The notes beneath the pieces are model-generated. The model was not told the origin of the DNA, made no database searches, and saw only the letters and a program-made list of their open reading frames with translations. A stretch of DNA of 34,326 bases from Spirochaetales bacterium (GTDB taxonomy: Bacteria > Spirochaetota > Spirochaetia > ARS1246): assembly GCA_016930115.1 (NCBI GenBank), contig JAFGHN010000130.1, positions 1 through 34,326 of the forward strand, given 5' to 3'. Positions 19,126 through 28,372 of the stretch are shown piece after piece. The stretch's first letter is position 1, and each line of letters starts with the position of its first letter. The translations under genes and the position numbers were made by a program.

Positions 19126-20220
19126 TTGCTTGTCAGATACAGACAGACTGAAAACGGTAAGCGAGAGAAGCTTGCCAACATCTACGGGGTCGAGGATCAC
19201 GGAATACAGCGCAGTCAGATCGACCGAAACGCCCTCTCGGTTACCCGCCGGCTGCAAAGAGCGGGGTACGGCGCATATATCGTCGGAGGAGCCGTGCGGG
19301 ATCTTCTCCTCGGGAAGCGGCCCAAAGATTTCGACGTCGTAACCGACGCTCCGCCGAGAAAGATTCGCAGGCTGTTCAGAAACAGCAGAATAATAGGCAA
19401 CAGGTTCCAGCTCGTCCACGTGTATTATGGAAACACGATAATCGAGGTTTCGACCTTCAGGACAACTACGCCGGAAACCGAGGACTCCATCTTCGGGACC
19501 ATGGCGGAGGACGTCCTCAGACGGGATTTTACGATGAACGGGCTTTTTTACGATCCCGAGCGCGAGCACATAATAGACTATGTCGGCGGGCTGGACGATA
19601 TACGGGCCAAACGGGTGCGGGCGCTGGTACCTGTGGAGACCTCGTTCCTCGAGGACCCGGTCCGGATGATACGGGCCCTTCGCTACGCCGCCACCACGGG
19701 ATTTCAGTTGCACGGAAAGATCTCAAAACATATACGCAAGCGTGCTGCCCTTATTCAGGAATGTCCAATCTCGAGACTGACGGAGGAACTGTTCAAGATA
19801 CTCGGATCGGGAGACTGCGCCGTGTTTTTTGAGTCGGCGATTGAGCACGGTCTGCTTTCATATCTTCTGCCGAACATAGAGAAAACAATCGTCGGCAAAA
19901 ACAAGCAACATATCCGGGAGGACTTCCTCGGTTCGCTGAGGGAACTGGACAAGGTCGTCTCGGATGGGCCGGATGTCAAGAAAGGTGTCATGCTCGCTTC
20001 GCTTGTCGCGCCGTTTATCGAACCGGAGCGCCGGGACGAGGAAGATCCATACGCTCTTCGCCGCGACATTTTCTTGAGTATAAAAGAGCTCATCGCGCCG
20101 CTCACGCCGCCGAATCTCGAGGTTGATATGGCCGCGGGACGCATACTCGGCATTCCGGCCTCCCGGCGCCGTTCGGGACGCAGGAGACGCCAGCAACTCC
20201 AGCAAAAAAGAATCGAGTAG
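19126..20220 (+). CDS. pcnB: Poly(A) polymerase I / tRNA nucleotidyltransferase-family protein (PcnB-like)
   Basis: AYIVGGAVRDLLLGKRPKDFDVVTDA is the class II nucleotidyltransferase head. RDFTMNGLFYD and the Arg-rich C-terminal tail RRRSGRRRRQQ resemble PcnB. No in-frame ATG lies near the 5' end, so the start is assigned to TTG 19126 and is uncertain. Confidence 0.8.
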   Translation: MLVRYRQTENGKREKLANIYGVEDHGIQRSQIDRNALSVTRRLQRAGYGAYIVGGAVRDLLLGKRPKDFDVVTDAPPRKIRRLFRNSRIIGNRFQLVHVYYGNTIIEVSTFRTTTPETEDSIFGTMAEDVLRRDFTMNGLFYDPEREHIIDYVGGLDDIRAKRVRALVPVETSFLEDPVRMIRALRYAATTGFQLHGKISKHIRKRAALIQECPISRLTEELFKILGSGDCAVFFESAIEHGLLSYLLPNIEKTIVGKNKQHIREDFLGSLRELDKVVSDGPDVKKGVMLASLVAPFIEPERRDEEDPYALRRDIFLSIKELIAPLTPPNLEVDMAAGRILGIPASRRRSGRRRRQQLQQKRIE

Positions 20221-20233
20221 TCGGCGGGGGGGC

Positions 20234-20265
20234 AAGAAAATGGCCGCCGCGGTGGCGGCGGCCAT
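20234..20265 (-). terminator. Rho-independent terminator-like hairpin between two convergent genes
   Basis: There is a perfect 11 bp GC-rich stem, ATGGCCGCCGC (20240-20250) paired with GCGGCGGCCAT (20255-20265), and a 4 nt loop. On the minus strand it is followed by TTTTCTT, which suits termination of the TPR gene. It could also stall pcnB transcription. Confidence 0.5.
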
Positions 20266-20300
20266 TCTGCCGGCAATTTGAAGGGTGTATCGGCAGCCTG

Positions 20301-21491
20301 TTATCCTGCGATCTTCTGCAGAAGCGCCGACGTTTTTTCGCCGTATCCGAAGGGATCGGCTTCGCTGGCCTTCTTCAGATAATCCTGTGCCACGTCAAAC
20401 CGATTATCCGCGTAGGCATTTACGCCAAGGGCGTAGTAGGTAAGACCAAGCTCACCGCCCATTTGCTGGGAGGTGAGATAGTAATATTCGGCAAGGCTGT
20501 AGTCTTTTTTCGAGTAGTTGATCAGGCCAAGATAGTAGTACGGGATATCGTGCTTTTCGTTCCTGCCTATCGCTCTCAAGAAAGAGCTCTCCGCGGAGTC
20601 GAGATCGCCCTCCGAATAATACGCCATACCGTCTTTGACGAGCTCGGGGAAGGTCTTTACTGAATCCATGAATTTCTGGAAATCGGTGTAGAATTGCCCG
20701 GCCTCCACCCAGCTGAAAACGTCTGTCATAACGAGGGTGCTGTTTGCCGCCATTGTCGCCTCGGTGCTCAACACCGACAGCGTATCCCACAACATGCGAT
20801 TATACTGCTTCAACCCCGAGTCTGCCAGAAATGAAACCAAAGCCCAGGACTCGGCGTAGAAAGACTCTATCTTACTGTTCGCGCCGTCAACATCTATTTT
20901 GAGAAGGTTGTCCAGCGGGATGAAATCGTAACCGCTTTCCCCGGAGATGATGCTTTTTATCGTTTTCACCCATACCAGGTTTTCCTTGAAGACCGCGCTC
21001 GCCGATTGCGCGTCGTACTCGCTATTTTCCAGGTAAACGGCGAAACCTTTTTGCAACCAGAGAGGGGGGTTGGGGACAAATGCCTTCAGGAACTGTACAA
21101 AACCGTGATGGACGAGCGCTTTTTCAAATGATTCGTCGTTAGTGTAGAACCCGAGGAGCTCGCTTTTTGCCAGGTCCTTGTATTGCAGGTAGACGAAGGA
21201 GTCGCGTTTTTGTGGAATCAGCGTGGAAAGGTAGCTGTCAAAGTTCGTCTTGTTCGCAAAGACCCGCACCCGCAACTTGGTATTCAGTTCTTCGGTGTCA
21301 AAGTGAAGGTATTGGTTGTACAAATCGAGAAACGCATCTAGCATATCCGCGGTTTCCTGGGCGTGTGCAAGGCTCACTTCGGAAAAAACGCGATAGTATT
21401 CGCCTGTGGCTTCCTGAAAAGCGCCGGTTTGCGCGGATAGTCCTGAGAGCGCCAGCATAGTGAGCGACGCCATGATTATTAGTCTCTTCAT
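20301..21491 (-). CDS. Secreted TPR-repeat protein, function unknown
   Basis: I chose the ATG at 21491 with GGAGG upstream. The signal peptide is MKRLIIMASLTMLALSGLSAQ. The C-terminal part has TPR-like repeats (AYYSEGDLDSAESSFLRAI, YYYLGLINYSKKDYSLAEYYY, YYALGVNAYADNRFDVAQDYLKKA). Confidence 0.75.
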   Translation of the reverse strand: MKRLIIMASLTMLALSGLSAQTGAFQEATGEYYRVFSEVSLAHAQETADMLDAFLDLYNQYLHFDTEELNTKLRVRVFANKTNFDSYLSTLIPQKRDSFVYLQYKDLAKSELLGFYTNDESFEKALVHHGFVQFLKAFVPNPPLWLQKGFAVYLENSEYDAQSASAVFKENLVWVKTIKSIISGESGYDFIPLDNLLKIDVDGANSKIESFYAESWALVSFLADSGLKQYNRMLWDTLSVLSTEATMAANSTLVMTDVFSWVEAGQFYTDFQKFMDSVKTFPELVKDGMAYYSEGDLDSAESSFLRAIGRNEKHDIPYYYLGLINYSKKDYSLAEYYYLTSQQMGGELGLTYYALGVNAYADNRFDVAQDYLKKASEADPFGYGEKTSALLQKIAG

Positions 21492-21507
21492 ATCGGCCTC
21501 CGCGTAA

Positions 21508-21536
21508 ATCTTAGAATTTGCCGGTATGTATGTCAA
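21508..21536 (-). promoter_or_regulatory. Sigma70-type promoter candidate for the TPR gene
   Basis: Read on the minus strand: TTGACA (21536-21531), exactly 17 nt, then TAAGAT (21513-21508). It sits about 17 nt upstream of the ATG, with GGAGG in between. Confidence 0.4.
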
Positions 21537-21582
21537 TTAATTTATTTTTTTTGTTCGCGTTGATCTGAGCCCGCGCTTCGGG

Positions 21583-22473
21583 CTATTTACCGTGACCGGC
21601 CCGATCTCTCGCCAGAGAGACATGCCCGACGTGTATGTCCAACTTCTCTATCATAATTCCGGTATATCGTTCGATATTCTCGATTATGTACCCCTGAAAC
21701 TCGTGCAGGTTTCCTGAAAGCTGTGCGCCGTAGGGTACGTCGAGATAGACAGACACGACATAACCGTTTCCGCCGGTGCGCACAATCACTTTTTTTATCG
21801 TCAGGGTATTATCAAACTCATCGGCACAGTGCAGTACCATCTGGGTGAGCGCGGCTTCCGATATCGTAATCCGCCCCTTTTGCCCGAACTCGGGTCTCAC
21901 CACAGATTTTTCAAACTCATGTGATTTCTTTGAAAAGAAGAATCTGCCTCTCTTCAGGAAGACCCGTATCGCTTCGTAGAGTATATGCGGATAGTCACGG
22001 GCCACTTCCACGGCCGGTACCGGTATGACGTGTTTGCCGGCGATATTCCGGGCATTGATCGCCCTCGCTATTTCCTCTTCCGTGGCTATGTCCTCGATTC
22101 TCAATATCCTGGAAGGCTGGGGCAGACGGATCCTTTGAGCGATTCGCCTGACCATTTTCTCGGATGTGCCGATAATCAGGACCCGTTTGAACTTCTCTTT
22201 ATCGAGCGCCTCAATTACTTCACGCCGGTGTTCATAATCATCGAACAGGGCTGTTTTTATTGCGGAGAGATAGGCTGTTTCTTTTTTTGCCGATTTTCCG
22301 GCAAGGATTTTCTGATCCTTTATGAGCAGGCCATCATCGATAATGAGATCAAGCCTGTATTTCTTACTGACGAGTTTTGCGCGAAAACTCTTGCCGGTTC
22401 CGCTCCTGCCGACCAACGCGAATACTTTGACCCCTGTTATTCGCCACACAAGACTGTGAAAAAAACCGGTCAT
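21583..22473 (-). CDS. Fusion protein with an N-terminal P-loop NTPase-like domain and a C-terminal Asp23/Gls24-like domain
   Basis: 296 aa. The N-terminus has Walker A VGRSGTGKS and a Walker-B-like LDLIIDDG. The last ~110 aa (ITISEAALTQMVLHCADEF...VVSVYLDVPYGAQLSGNLHEFQGYIIENIERYTGIMIEKLDIHVGHV) look like an Asp23/DUF322 alkaline-shock-type domain. Confidence 0.75.
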   Translation of the reverse strand: MTGFFHSLVWRITGVKVFALVGRSGTGKSFRAKLVSKKYRLDLIIDDGLLIKDQKILAGKSAKKETAYLSAIKTALFDDYEHRREVIEALDKEKFKRVLIIGTSEKMVRRIAQRIRLPQPSRILRIEDIATEEEIARAINARNIAGKHVIPVPAVEVARDYPHILYEAIRVFLKRGRFFFSKKSHEFEKSVVRPEFGQKGRITISEAALTQMVLHCADEFDNTLTIKKVIVRTGGNGYVVSVYLDVPYGAQLSGNLHEFQGYIIENIERYTGIMIEKLDIHVGHVSLARDRAGHGK

Positions 22474-22556
22474 GCATCACCCCGTATCTACATAGTACAG
22501 AGACGCTGGCGCCTTGCATAGCTTTTTCCGCCTTCTTGACAAAGGCTGAACCACCG

Positions 22557-24155
22557 ATGAAACTGATATGTCTGCTTACTCTTATGATTACATCCGGCAA
22601 ATACGCAACCCGTGTTCAGAAACTCATGTACCTGTCACTCTGGGGTTTGCCGGCTTTTCTCTGCACCGTTTTGTTGCTCTTTGGTCCCGGGTTCAGCGCG
22701 CCTCTCACGATCTGGCGTGGATACCTGATCTTGCTTGTGGACGGCGAAGCAGAGCTCCGGCCCGTTCTCGATTCGTTGCGGGCTTCCGGCATTGAGTACG
22801 TATCCGACCGGAACACCCGTGTATTCTTGAATGTTTTTTCAAATACAGAGGTAGTGCCCCTCTCATCGCTGGTCAACAGGCTGGACCCGGCTGACCCGAG
22901 ATACGATCCGTATATGTCTGCGCTTCCGGGTTATTTCAACGCGCGGTACGCCGCCGAGAGTTGGTATGTCGTGTATGTCAAATCCACCGGCACCCAGGCC
23001 GGGTTGGCGTTATCGGTTTCGAAATGTCTCAAGGCTCTTGGCATAGAATACCGGCTGCCGGAGTGGAGACCCGTCTGGTTTTTTGCGGGGCCGGCGGCGG
23101 CCTTCGGATTTCTCTTTTTGCTCGTCCGCGGCCGGAGACGCTCCCGGGAGCTCGTGTTTATTTCGACGCCGCTCTTTATCCTGGCTGCCAAATCGTCCGG
23201 GCTTGGACTTGCGGCTTCTTTCATGCTCATCCCGGGTTGGCTCTATCTCGGGGATTTTCTCATGGTGCTGTTGGACGGTTTTCTCTACGAACGGAAGCTT
23301 GTGCCGGACCGGCGATCGCTTCTCACCGGACTCGCGTTGGTCGCCGCAGGGGTGACGTGCGCATATCTGCTTTCGTTCTTTCACGTCGACCCTCCCCGCT
23401 ACTGCGGGGCGCTCTCCCTTACGCTGGGGGCGTTGGTGGCGTGGGCGGCGATGATGTGCGGCGGTCTCTTATTGAAAGCGGCGGTCAGCTATCACAGGAT
23501 ATTCAACGGAATATCGCTCCTCCGGGGTACCGGCTTCAAAGTGCGCGGCCAGCTCGGGTTCATGAACGTCATGCTCAAGGCGTTGCTCGTGTCGGTGATT
23601 GTCATTTCTCCCGCACTCACGGTGCTTTCGCGGGTTGACCGGGGACTCGCCGTCGCGGAACCGGACCACACCCACCCCGGAAGAGAGCTCACCCTGGAGA
23701 GGCTTGCACAGCTCGCGCAAAATCCAGCGGGCGGCACGCTCCCTGACCTCTCGGACTATGTCGTCCATCGGGCATACCAGGATTCGCTTCTCTACGAACA
23801 GGAGTGGATCTATCCGGGTCAAGACAGCGGGGTCAACCTCAGCAGTTACAGAGCTGAAGACGGCAGGATTGTTGAGGAACACAAGCGCGTGCTCTCCTTC
23901 GATTCGCAGTGGTTTGCCGATGTGATTGCCGACGCTGCGGACGACGGTCTTGGCGGGATGTTACTGGCGCAAGGAGGGGACGCTGCGGTGAGCCTCCGGA
24001 GTACGGACGGGCAGCGCGTTCAGAGAGCCCTCAAATTGCTGGCGATGTGCGCGCTCATTATCGTTCCACTTGCGTATATGCTGCCGAGTTTGACAACCTA
24101 TTATATCTATGGTATGAGAAATTCACCTTTAAGGAGAAAACGTCAGACCGCATGA
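22557..24155 (+). CDS. Uncharacterised polytopic membrane protein with about 8 predicted TM helices and two soluble domains
   Basis: This is a 532-539 aa ORF. The start is either ATG 22557 or TTG 22536. Hydrophobic helices include LMYLSLWGLPAFLCTVLLLF, VWFFAGPAAAFGFLFLLV, LTGLALVAAGVTCAYLLSFF, LSLTLGALVAWAAMMCGGLLL, VMLKALLVSVIVISPALTVL and LKLLAMCALIIVPLAYML. Its stop overlaps the rnfC ATG (ATGA at 24152-24155). I recognise no family. Confidence 0.7.
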   Translation: MKLICLLTLMITSGKYATRVQKLMYLSLWGLPAFLCTVLLLFGPGFSAPLTIWRGYLILLVDGEAELRPVLDSLRASGIEYVSDRNTRVFLNVFSNTEVVPLSSLVNRLDPADPRYDPYMSALPGYFNARYAAESWYVVYVKSTGTQAGLALSVSKCLKALGIEYRLPEWRPVWFFAGPAAAFGFLFLLVRGRRRSRELVFISTPLFILAAKSSGLGLAASFMLIPGWLYLGDFLMVLLDGFLYERKLVPDRRSLLTGLALVAAGVTCAYLLSFFHVDPPRYCGALSLTLGALVAWAAMMCGGLLLKAAVSYHRIFNGISLLRGTGFKVRGQLGFMNVMLKALLVSVIVISPALTVLSRVDRGLAVAEPDHTHPGRELTLERLAQLAQNPAGGTLPDLSDYVVHRAYQDSLLYEQEWIYPGQDSGVNLSSYRAEDGRIVEEHKRVLSFDSQWFADVIADAADDGLGGMLLAQGGDAAVSLRSTDGQRVQRALKLLAMCALIIVPLAYMLPSLTTYYIYGMRNSPLRRKRQTA

Positions 24156-25483
24156 AACGACTAAGCACCTTTCCAAAGGGGGGCGTGCATCCACCCGGGC
24201 GAAAGCACCTGGCCCACTCCCTCCCTCTCCAAAATGCTAGTATTCCTTCACTTTCAATTGTTCCGCTGTCACAACACATCGGCAGCCCGGCGGAGTGTGT
24301 TGTTTCCGTAGGCGATGTGGTCCGTGAAGGAATGCTCATCGGCAAACCTACGGGTTTTGTCTCCGTCGGCATTCATTCGCCGGTTCCGGGTACGGTGAAG
24401 GAGTTAAGGCGTATTCATCTGCCAAACGGCGTTCAGACCGATGCCGTTTGTATCGAGCTTGCCGGAGAGTTCGACCGGTTGGGCAAGTCGCAGGAGACTG
24501 TCGAGTGGGAGAATATGTCGGCAAAAGAGCTCCTGGACCTGTTTGCGCAGATGGGAATCGTCGGTATGGGTGGAGCTACTTTCCCTACGCACGTAAAGTT
24601 CTCCCCGCCGAAGGGTAGCCGCGTCGAGTTTTTCGTCATCAACGGTGTGGAATGCGAGCCGTATCTGTGCGCCGATCACAGGCTTATGCTCGAAAAGATC
24701 CGGGAGATTTTTGAAGGTTTGCGGGTGATCCGGAAAATACTCGATCCCGAACAGGTGCTATTCGCGATCGAGGCGAATAAGCCCGATGCGATTGAAGCCG
24801 TGATGTCGTACTGCCGGCAAAACGTTCTAGATGTGAAGGTAATGCCTCTCCATGTGAAGTATCCGCAGGGGGATGAGAAGCAGGTTCTGAAGGCCCTCAC
24901 CGGCCGAGAGGTGCCCTCCGGCGGATTGCCCATCGATATTGGCGCGGTGGTCAGCAACGTGGGTACCGTCAACGCGATATATGAGGCCGTGTGCTTGAAA
25001 AAACCGCTCATAGAGCGCGCGCTTACCGTGTCCGGGGGTGCCGTGAAGAATCCGGCCAATCTCAAAGCGCGGATCGGCACGCCTGTTTCCCAGCTCCTGG
25101 AAGAGTGCGGTGGGTTTTCAGAGATGCCTGAAAAGATAGTCATGGGCGGACCGATGATGGGATTCACGGTTCTCGATCTTGATACTCCGGTTACAAAGGG
25201 CACTTCCGGTATATTGGCCTTGACGGGGGCCGAAATTCGTTCGGCGAATCAGACCGCCTGCATAAGTTGCGGAAGCTGCATCTCCGTCTGCCCGCTCGGG
25301 CTCAATCCCAGGCTCCTGTACAAGCTGGTCGACCATCTCGATTACGGCGGCGCCGTGGAAGCCGGTTTGATGGACTGCAAGGAATGCGGATGCTGCGGTT
25401 TTGTGTGCCCGGCCCACATTCCGCTGGTCCAGGGAATGCGGCTTGGTAAGCGCATCCATTTGAAAAACAGGAAAAAGGCGTAA
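24152..25483 (+). CDS. rnfC: Rnf electron transport complex subunit C
   Basis: I chose the ATG at 24152 (MKRLSTFPKGGVHPP...), giving 443 aa. The upstream 81 codons in the ORF track are Arg/Cys-rich out-of-context sequence that overlaps the preceding gene. The NADH/FMN-binding region GMGGATFPTHVKF and two 4Fe-4S motifs (CISCGSCISVCP and CKECGCCGFVCP) are present. Confidence 0.93.
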   Translation: MKRLSTFPKGGVHPPGRKHLAHSLPLQNASIPSLSIVPLSQHIGSPAECVVSVGDVVREGMLIGKPTGFVSVGIHSPVPGTVKELRRIHLPNGVQTDAVCIELAGEFDRLGKSQETVEWENMSAKELLDLFAQMGIVGMGGATFPTHVKFSPPKGSRVEFFVINGVECEPYLCADHRLMLEKIREIFEGLRVIRKILDPEQVLFAIEANKPDAIEAVMSYCRQNVLDVKVMPLHVKYPQGDEKQVLKALTGREVPSGGLPIDIGAVVSNVGTVNAIYEAVCLKKPLIERALTVSGGAVKNPANLKARIGTPVSQLLEECGGFSEMPEKIVMGGPMMGFTVLDLDTPVTKGTSGILALTGAEIRSANQTACISCGSCISVCPLGLNPRLLYKLVDHLDYGGAVEAGLMDCKECGCCGFVCPAHIPLVQGMRLGKRIHLKNRKKA

Positions 25484-25486
25484 ACC

Positions 25487-26581
25487 ATGATCGAACTTGA
25501 AAGACAGCGGATTACTACGTCTCCGCAGATACACAAACCTATCTCAACCGCAGCAGTCATGTGGGCGGTGAGCGCCTGTCTGTTGCCGGCGGCGGTCTGG
25601 GGCGTCTATTCATTCGGGTTGCGTGCCCTTGTGGTTATGCTCGTATCGATAGCCGCCGCGGTCCTGACCGAGTTCGGTTTGGGGCTTGTCTCAAAACGGT
25701 TCACCATACTCGACGGGAGCGCTTTTCTGACCGGATTGCTCGTCGGTTTCAACGTGCCTCCGGCGATACCGCTGTATATTCCGGTCATTGCCTCGGTGTT
25801 TGCGATCGCCGTGGTAAAGTGGACGTTTGGCGGCCTGGGCTCGAACTGGATGAATCCCGCGCTGGCGGGAAGGGTGTTCGTTGCGTTCTCCTGGACGGGC
25901 CCGATGACGAGTTGGACCATCCCCCGCAATCTCGTTGATGCCGTGAGCTCCGCCACGCCCCTTTCGGCGGTAAAGAGCGGTTTGTTCACCTACTCGGGTG
26001 ATGCGGGTGGTCCCATGCAGTTTCTTTCCGAAATCGGGTACCCTCATTCCGCGTTCGACGGCAAAGTGACCGATTTCTTGAGGAGCGTGTTCGAGCCCCT
26101 CGGCGCTACCATCGAGCCTGGATATGGAGATCTGTTTTTCGGAAATATTCCCGGATGTATCGGCGAAGTCTCGGCGTTCCTGCTTCTTATCGGCACGGTC
26201 TACCTCTTCGCGAGGAAGATAATCACCTGGCATGTTCCTGTCTCCTATCTCGTTAGCTTTGGTGGCCTTGTATGGATATTCGGCGGGAGCAGGTTCGGAT
26301 CCGGCGCTTTCTCCGGGGATGTGGTGTTCCATCTCTTTACGGGCGGCTTGATCCTCGGCGCGTTTTACATGGCGACGGATATGGTCACTTCGCCCCTGAC
26401 GCGGAAAGGGCTGCTCATTTTTGGAGTGGGCTGCGGCTTTTTCACCTTCCTTATCCGTTTTTTCGGTTCCTTTCCTGAAGGTGTGAGCCTCGCCATCATT
26501 ATCATGAATATCTTCGTGCCCCTGATCAACAAGTACACCGGTCCAAAGCGGTTTGGCGTAACAAAGAAGGGCGAGGAGTAA
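25487..26581 (+). CDS. rnfD: Rnf electron transport complex subunit D
   Basis: 364 aa polytopic NqrB/RnfD-family protein. The N-terminus has TSPQIH. A DAVSSATPL motif fits the FMN-threonine attachment consensus. Confidence 0.93.
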   Translation: MIELERQRITTSPQIHKPISTAAVMWAVSACLLPAAVWGVYSFGLRALVVMLVSIAAAVLTEFGLGLVSKRFTILDGSAFLTGLLVGFNVPPAIPLYIPVIASVFAIAVVKWTFGGLGSNWMNPALAGRVFVAFSWTGPMTSWTIPRNLVDAVSSATPLSAVKSGLFTYSGDAGGPMQFLSEIGYPHSAFDGKVTDFLRSVFEPLGATIEPGYGDLFFGNIPGCIGEVSAFLLLIGTVYLFARKIITWHVPVSYLVSFGGLVWIFGGSRFGSGAFSGDVVFHLFTGGLILGAFYMATDMVTSPLTRKGLLIFGVGCGFFTFLIRFFGSFPEGVSLAIIIMNIFVPLINKYTGPKRFGVTKKGEE

Positions 26582-26588
26582 TCTTGCG

Positions 26589-27143
26589 ATGAATGATGTT
26601 GTAAACGTCGGCGGCAAACTGGCGCTCATCTGTGCGGTGGCGGCGATCGCGCTTGGATTGGTGAATGCCGTAACAGCGCCGGCAATTGACAAGGTAAAAG
26701 AGCAGCAACTTTCGGCGGCGCTCGACGCGGTTCGCGGTACAGCGGAAGCCGGTGAAGAGCGGTTGGTTGAAGGAGAGCCGATCGTGGACGGCTATTACGC
26801 GCTCGTACAGGATGGCACAAGCGCGGGGTACATTCTCAGGCTTACCGGGACCGGGTATGCAGGCGACATGGAGATTCTCGCCGCCTACCGGCAGGATGGA
26901 GAGATCAAAGCCGTGGCGCTTATGAACAACTCGGAAACACCTGGACTCGGCAAAGAAGCGGAAAAACCGGCATACATGGAAAAATATATCGGTACCGGCG
27001 CCGGCCACCCCGTCCCTATGAACAAGCAGCAACTCACCCAGGAAGAAGCGGACGCGATTTCCGGGGCGAGCATCACCTTCATGGGAATAGCCCAGGCATT
27101 GAAGGCGGGTTCAGATTACGTGAAGGAACAATTAGGAAAATAG
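26589..27143 (+). CDS. rnfG: Rnf electron transport complex subunit G (FMN-binding)
   Basis: 184 aa with an N-terminal TM anchor. The FMN_bind domain includes ETPGLG and the flavinylation-type motif ADAISGASIT. Confidence 0.9.
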   Translation: MNDVVNVGGKLALICAVAAIALGLVNAVTAPAIDKVKEQQLSAALDAVRGTAEAGEERLVEGEPIVDGYYALVQDGTSAGYILRLTGTGYAGDMEILAAYRQDGEIKAVALMNNSETPGLGKEAEKPAYMEKYIGTGAGHPVPMNKQQLTQEEADAISGASITFMGIAQALKAGSDYVKEQLGK

Positions 27144-27145
27144 CT

Positions 27146-27772
27146 ATGGGGAATTTTACAAAGGGCATTCTTAAGGAAAATCCTATCTTCATCATCATGC
27201 TGGGGCTCTGCCCGACCTTGGCCGTGTCGACGCAGGTGGTAAACGCGATTGGCATGGGGGTGGGTGTAATCTTCGTGCTGCTTGGTTCCAATATCTTCGT
27301 GAGCCTGCTCAAGAATTTCATCCCCGAGAAAGTGCGAATTCCGTCGTATATCGTGATTATCGCATCCTTCGTAACGATGGTGGACCTTTTCATGCAGGGG
27401 TACGCTCCGTCGCTATCGAAGAATCTCGGCGTTTTTGTCCAACTGATAGTAGTCAACTGCATTATCCTCGGCCGCGCGGAGGCATTCGCCAAGAAATCGA
27501 ACGTCAAAGACGCGGTATTGGACGCTTTGGGAATGGGTGTGGGTTTCACCCTGGGCCTTCTCCTCATATCGCTCATACGGGAAGTCCTCGGTTCGGGCAC
27601 GATTACGCTATTCGCCATCGGGAATTTTGACGGAGTAATCCGCTTACCCGGTTTGAGCGAGTCGCCCGTTCGGGTCATGGCTTTGGCGCCCGGTGCGCTG
27701 CTGGTGATCGGTTACTTGAAAGCACTTTTCAACTGGACGGAGGCGAGGAGAAGCAAGGAGGCGACGGCGTGA
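27146..27772 (+). CDS. rnfE: Rnf electron transport complex subunit E
   Basis: 208 aa. NPIFIIMLGLCPTLAVST and VNCIILGRAEAFA are typical of RnfE/NqrD. Confidence 0.93.
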   Translation: MGNFTKGILKENPIFIIMLGLCPTLAVSTQVVNAIGMGVGVIFVLLGSNIFVSLLKNFIPEKVRIPSYIVIIASFVTMVDLFMQGYAPSLSKNLGVFVQLIVVNCIILGRAEAFAKKSNVKDAVLDALGMGVGFTLGLLLISLIREVLGSGTITLFAIGNFDGVIRLPGLSESPVRVMALAPGALLVIGYLKALFNWTEARRSKEATA

Positions 27773-28359
27773 GCTACGTTGGAATTATCATTACTTTTGT
27801 CTTTGTCGAAAACTTCATACTGACCAAATTCCTCGGTTTGTGTCCCTTTATCGGGGTTTCAAAGAACACCGAGTCTGCGGTAGGTATGGGTTTTGCCGTG
27901 ACCTTCGTCACTTCCGTAGCGTCGCTCGCTACCTGGGCGATCCAGAAGCTCATCCTGCAGCCCCTTGGGCTCGCCTTCCTTCAGACGATCACCTTCATTC
28001 TGGTGATCGCGGCGCTTGTGCAGCTGCTCGAGATGGTAATACAGAAAATATCCCCGTCGTTGTACAAAGCGCTGGGCATTTACCTCCCGCTAATCACCAC
28101 CAATTGCGCCGTTCTTGGAATCGCGCTTATCGCCGTAAGAAGCAACTACAATGCTCTCGAAAGCTTTGTCGCCGGTTTCTCGGCGGGCCTGGGCTTTTTG
28201 CTCGCCATTCTTCTCATGTCGACAATCAGGGAAAGGATGAATACCGAATGGGTGCCGAAGCCTCTCCGGGGCGTGCCGATAGCCTTTATCACGGGGGGGC
28301 TTATGGCGCTTGCGTTTATGGCATTTGACAAGGCGTTGCTCCGTAATCTCATAGGATAG
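27769..28359 (+). CDS. rnfA: Rnf electron transport complex subunit A
   Basis: The GTG start overlaps the rnfE stop (GTGA), with AAGGAG 8 nt upstream. FVENFILTKFLGLCPFIGVS and ITTNCAVLG are typical of RnfA/NqrE. Confidence 0.93.
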   Translation: MSYVGIIITFVFVENFILTKFLGLCPFIGVSKNTESAVGMGFAVTFVTSVASLATWAIQKLILQPLGLAFLQTITFILVIAALVQLLEMVIQKISPSLYKALGIYLPLITTNCAVLGIALIAVRSNYNALESFVAGFSAGLGFLLAILLMSTIRERMNTEWVPKPLRGVPIAFITGGLMALAFMAFDKALLRNLIG

Positions 28360-28372
28360 GGGGAAGGCGATT

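Noticed and set aside
20301-21491. A possible zinc-metallopeptidase (DUF1570/peptidase MA-like) assignment for the TPR protein, based on LVHHGFVQFL.
   Set aside because: The segment lacks the Glu of an HExxH motif, and I could not identify a third ligand. Only the signal peptide and TPR repeats are supportable.
23909-24151. An 81-codon N-terminal extension of rnfC in the ORF track (MVCRCDCRRCGRRSW...).
   Set aside because: It overlaps the 3' end of the preceding membrane-protein gene in another frame. It is Arg/Cys-rich nonsense. RnfC homology begins at MKRLSTFPKGGVHPP, at ATG 24152.
25691-26692. A 333 aa minus-strand ORF opposite rnfD/rnfG. Comparable ORFs lie at 29163-29996 (opposite GH57), 31575-32411 (opposite the secreted protein) and 32806-33540 (opposite prfB).
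   Set aside because: These are antisense to confidently identified genes and have biased, motif-free translations. For 31575-32411, the minus-strand partner has a clean signal peptide and normal composition.
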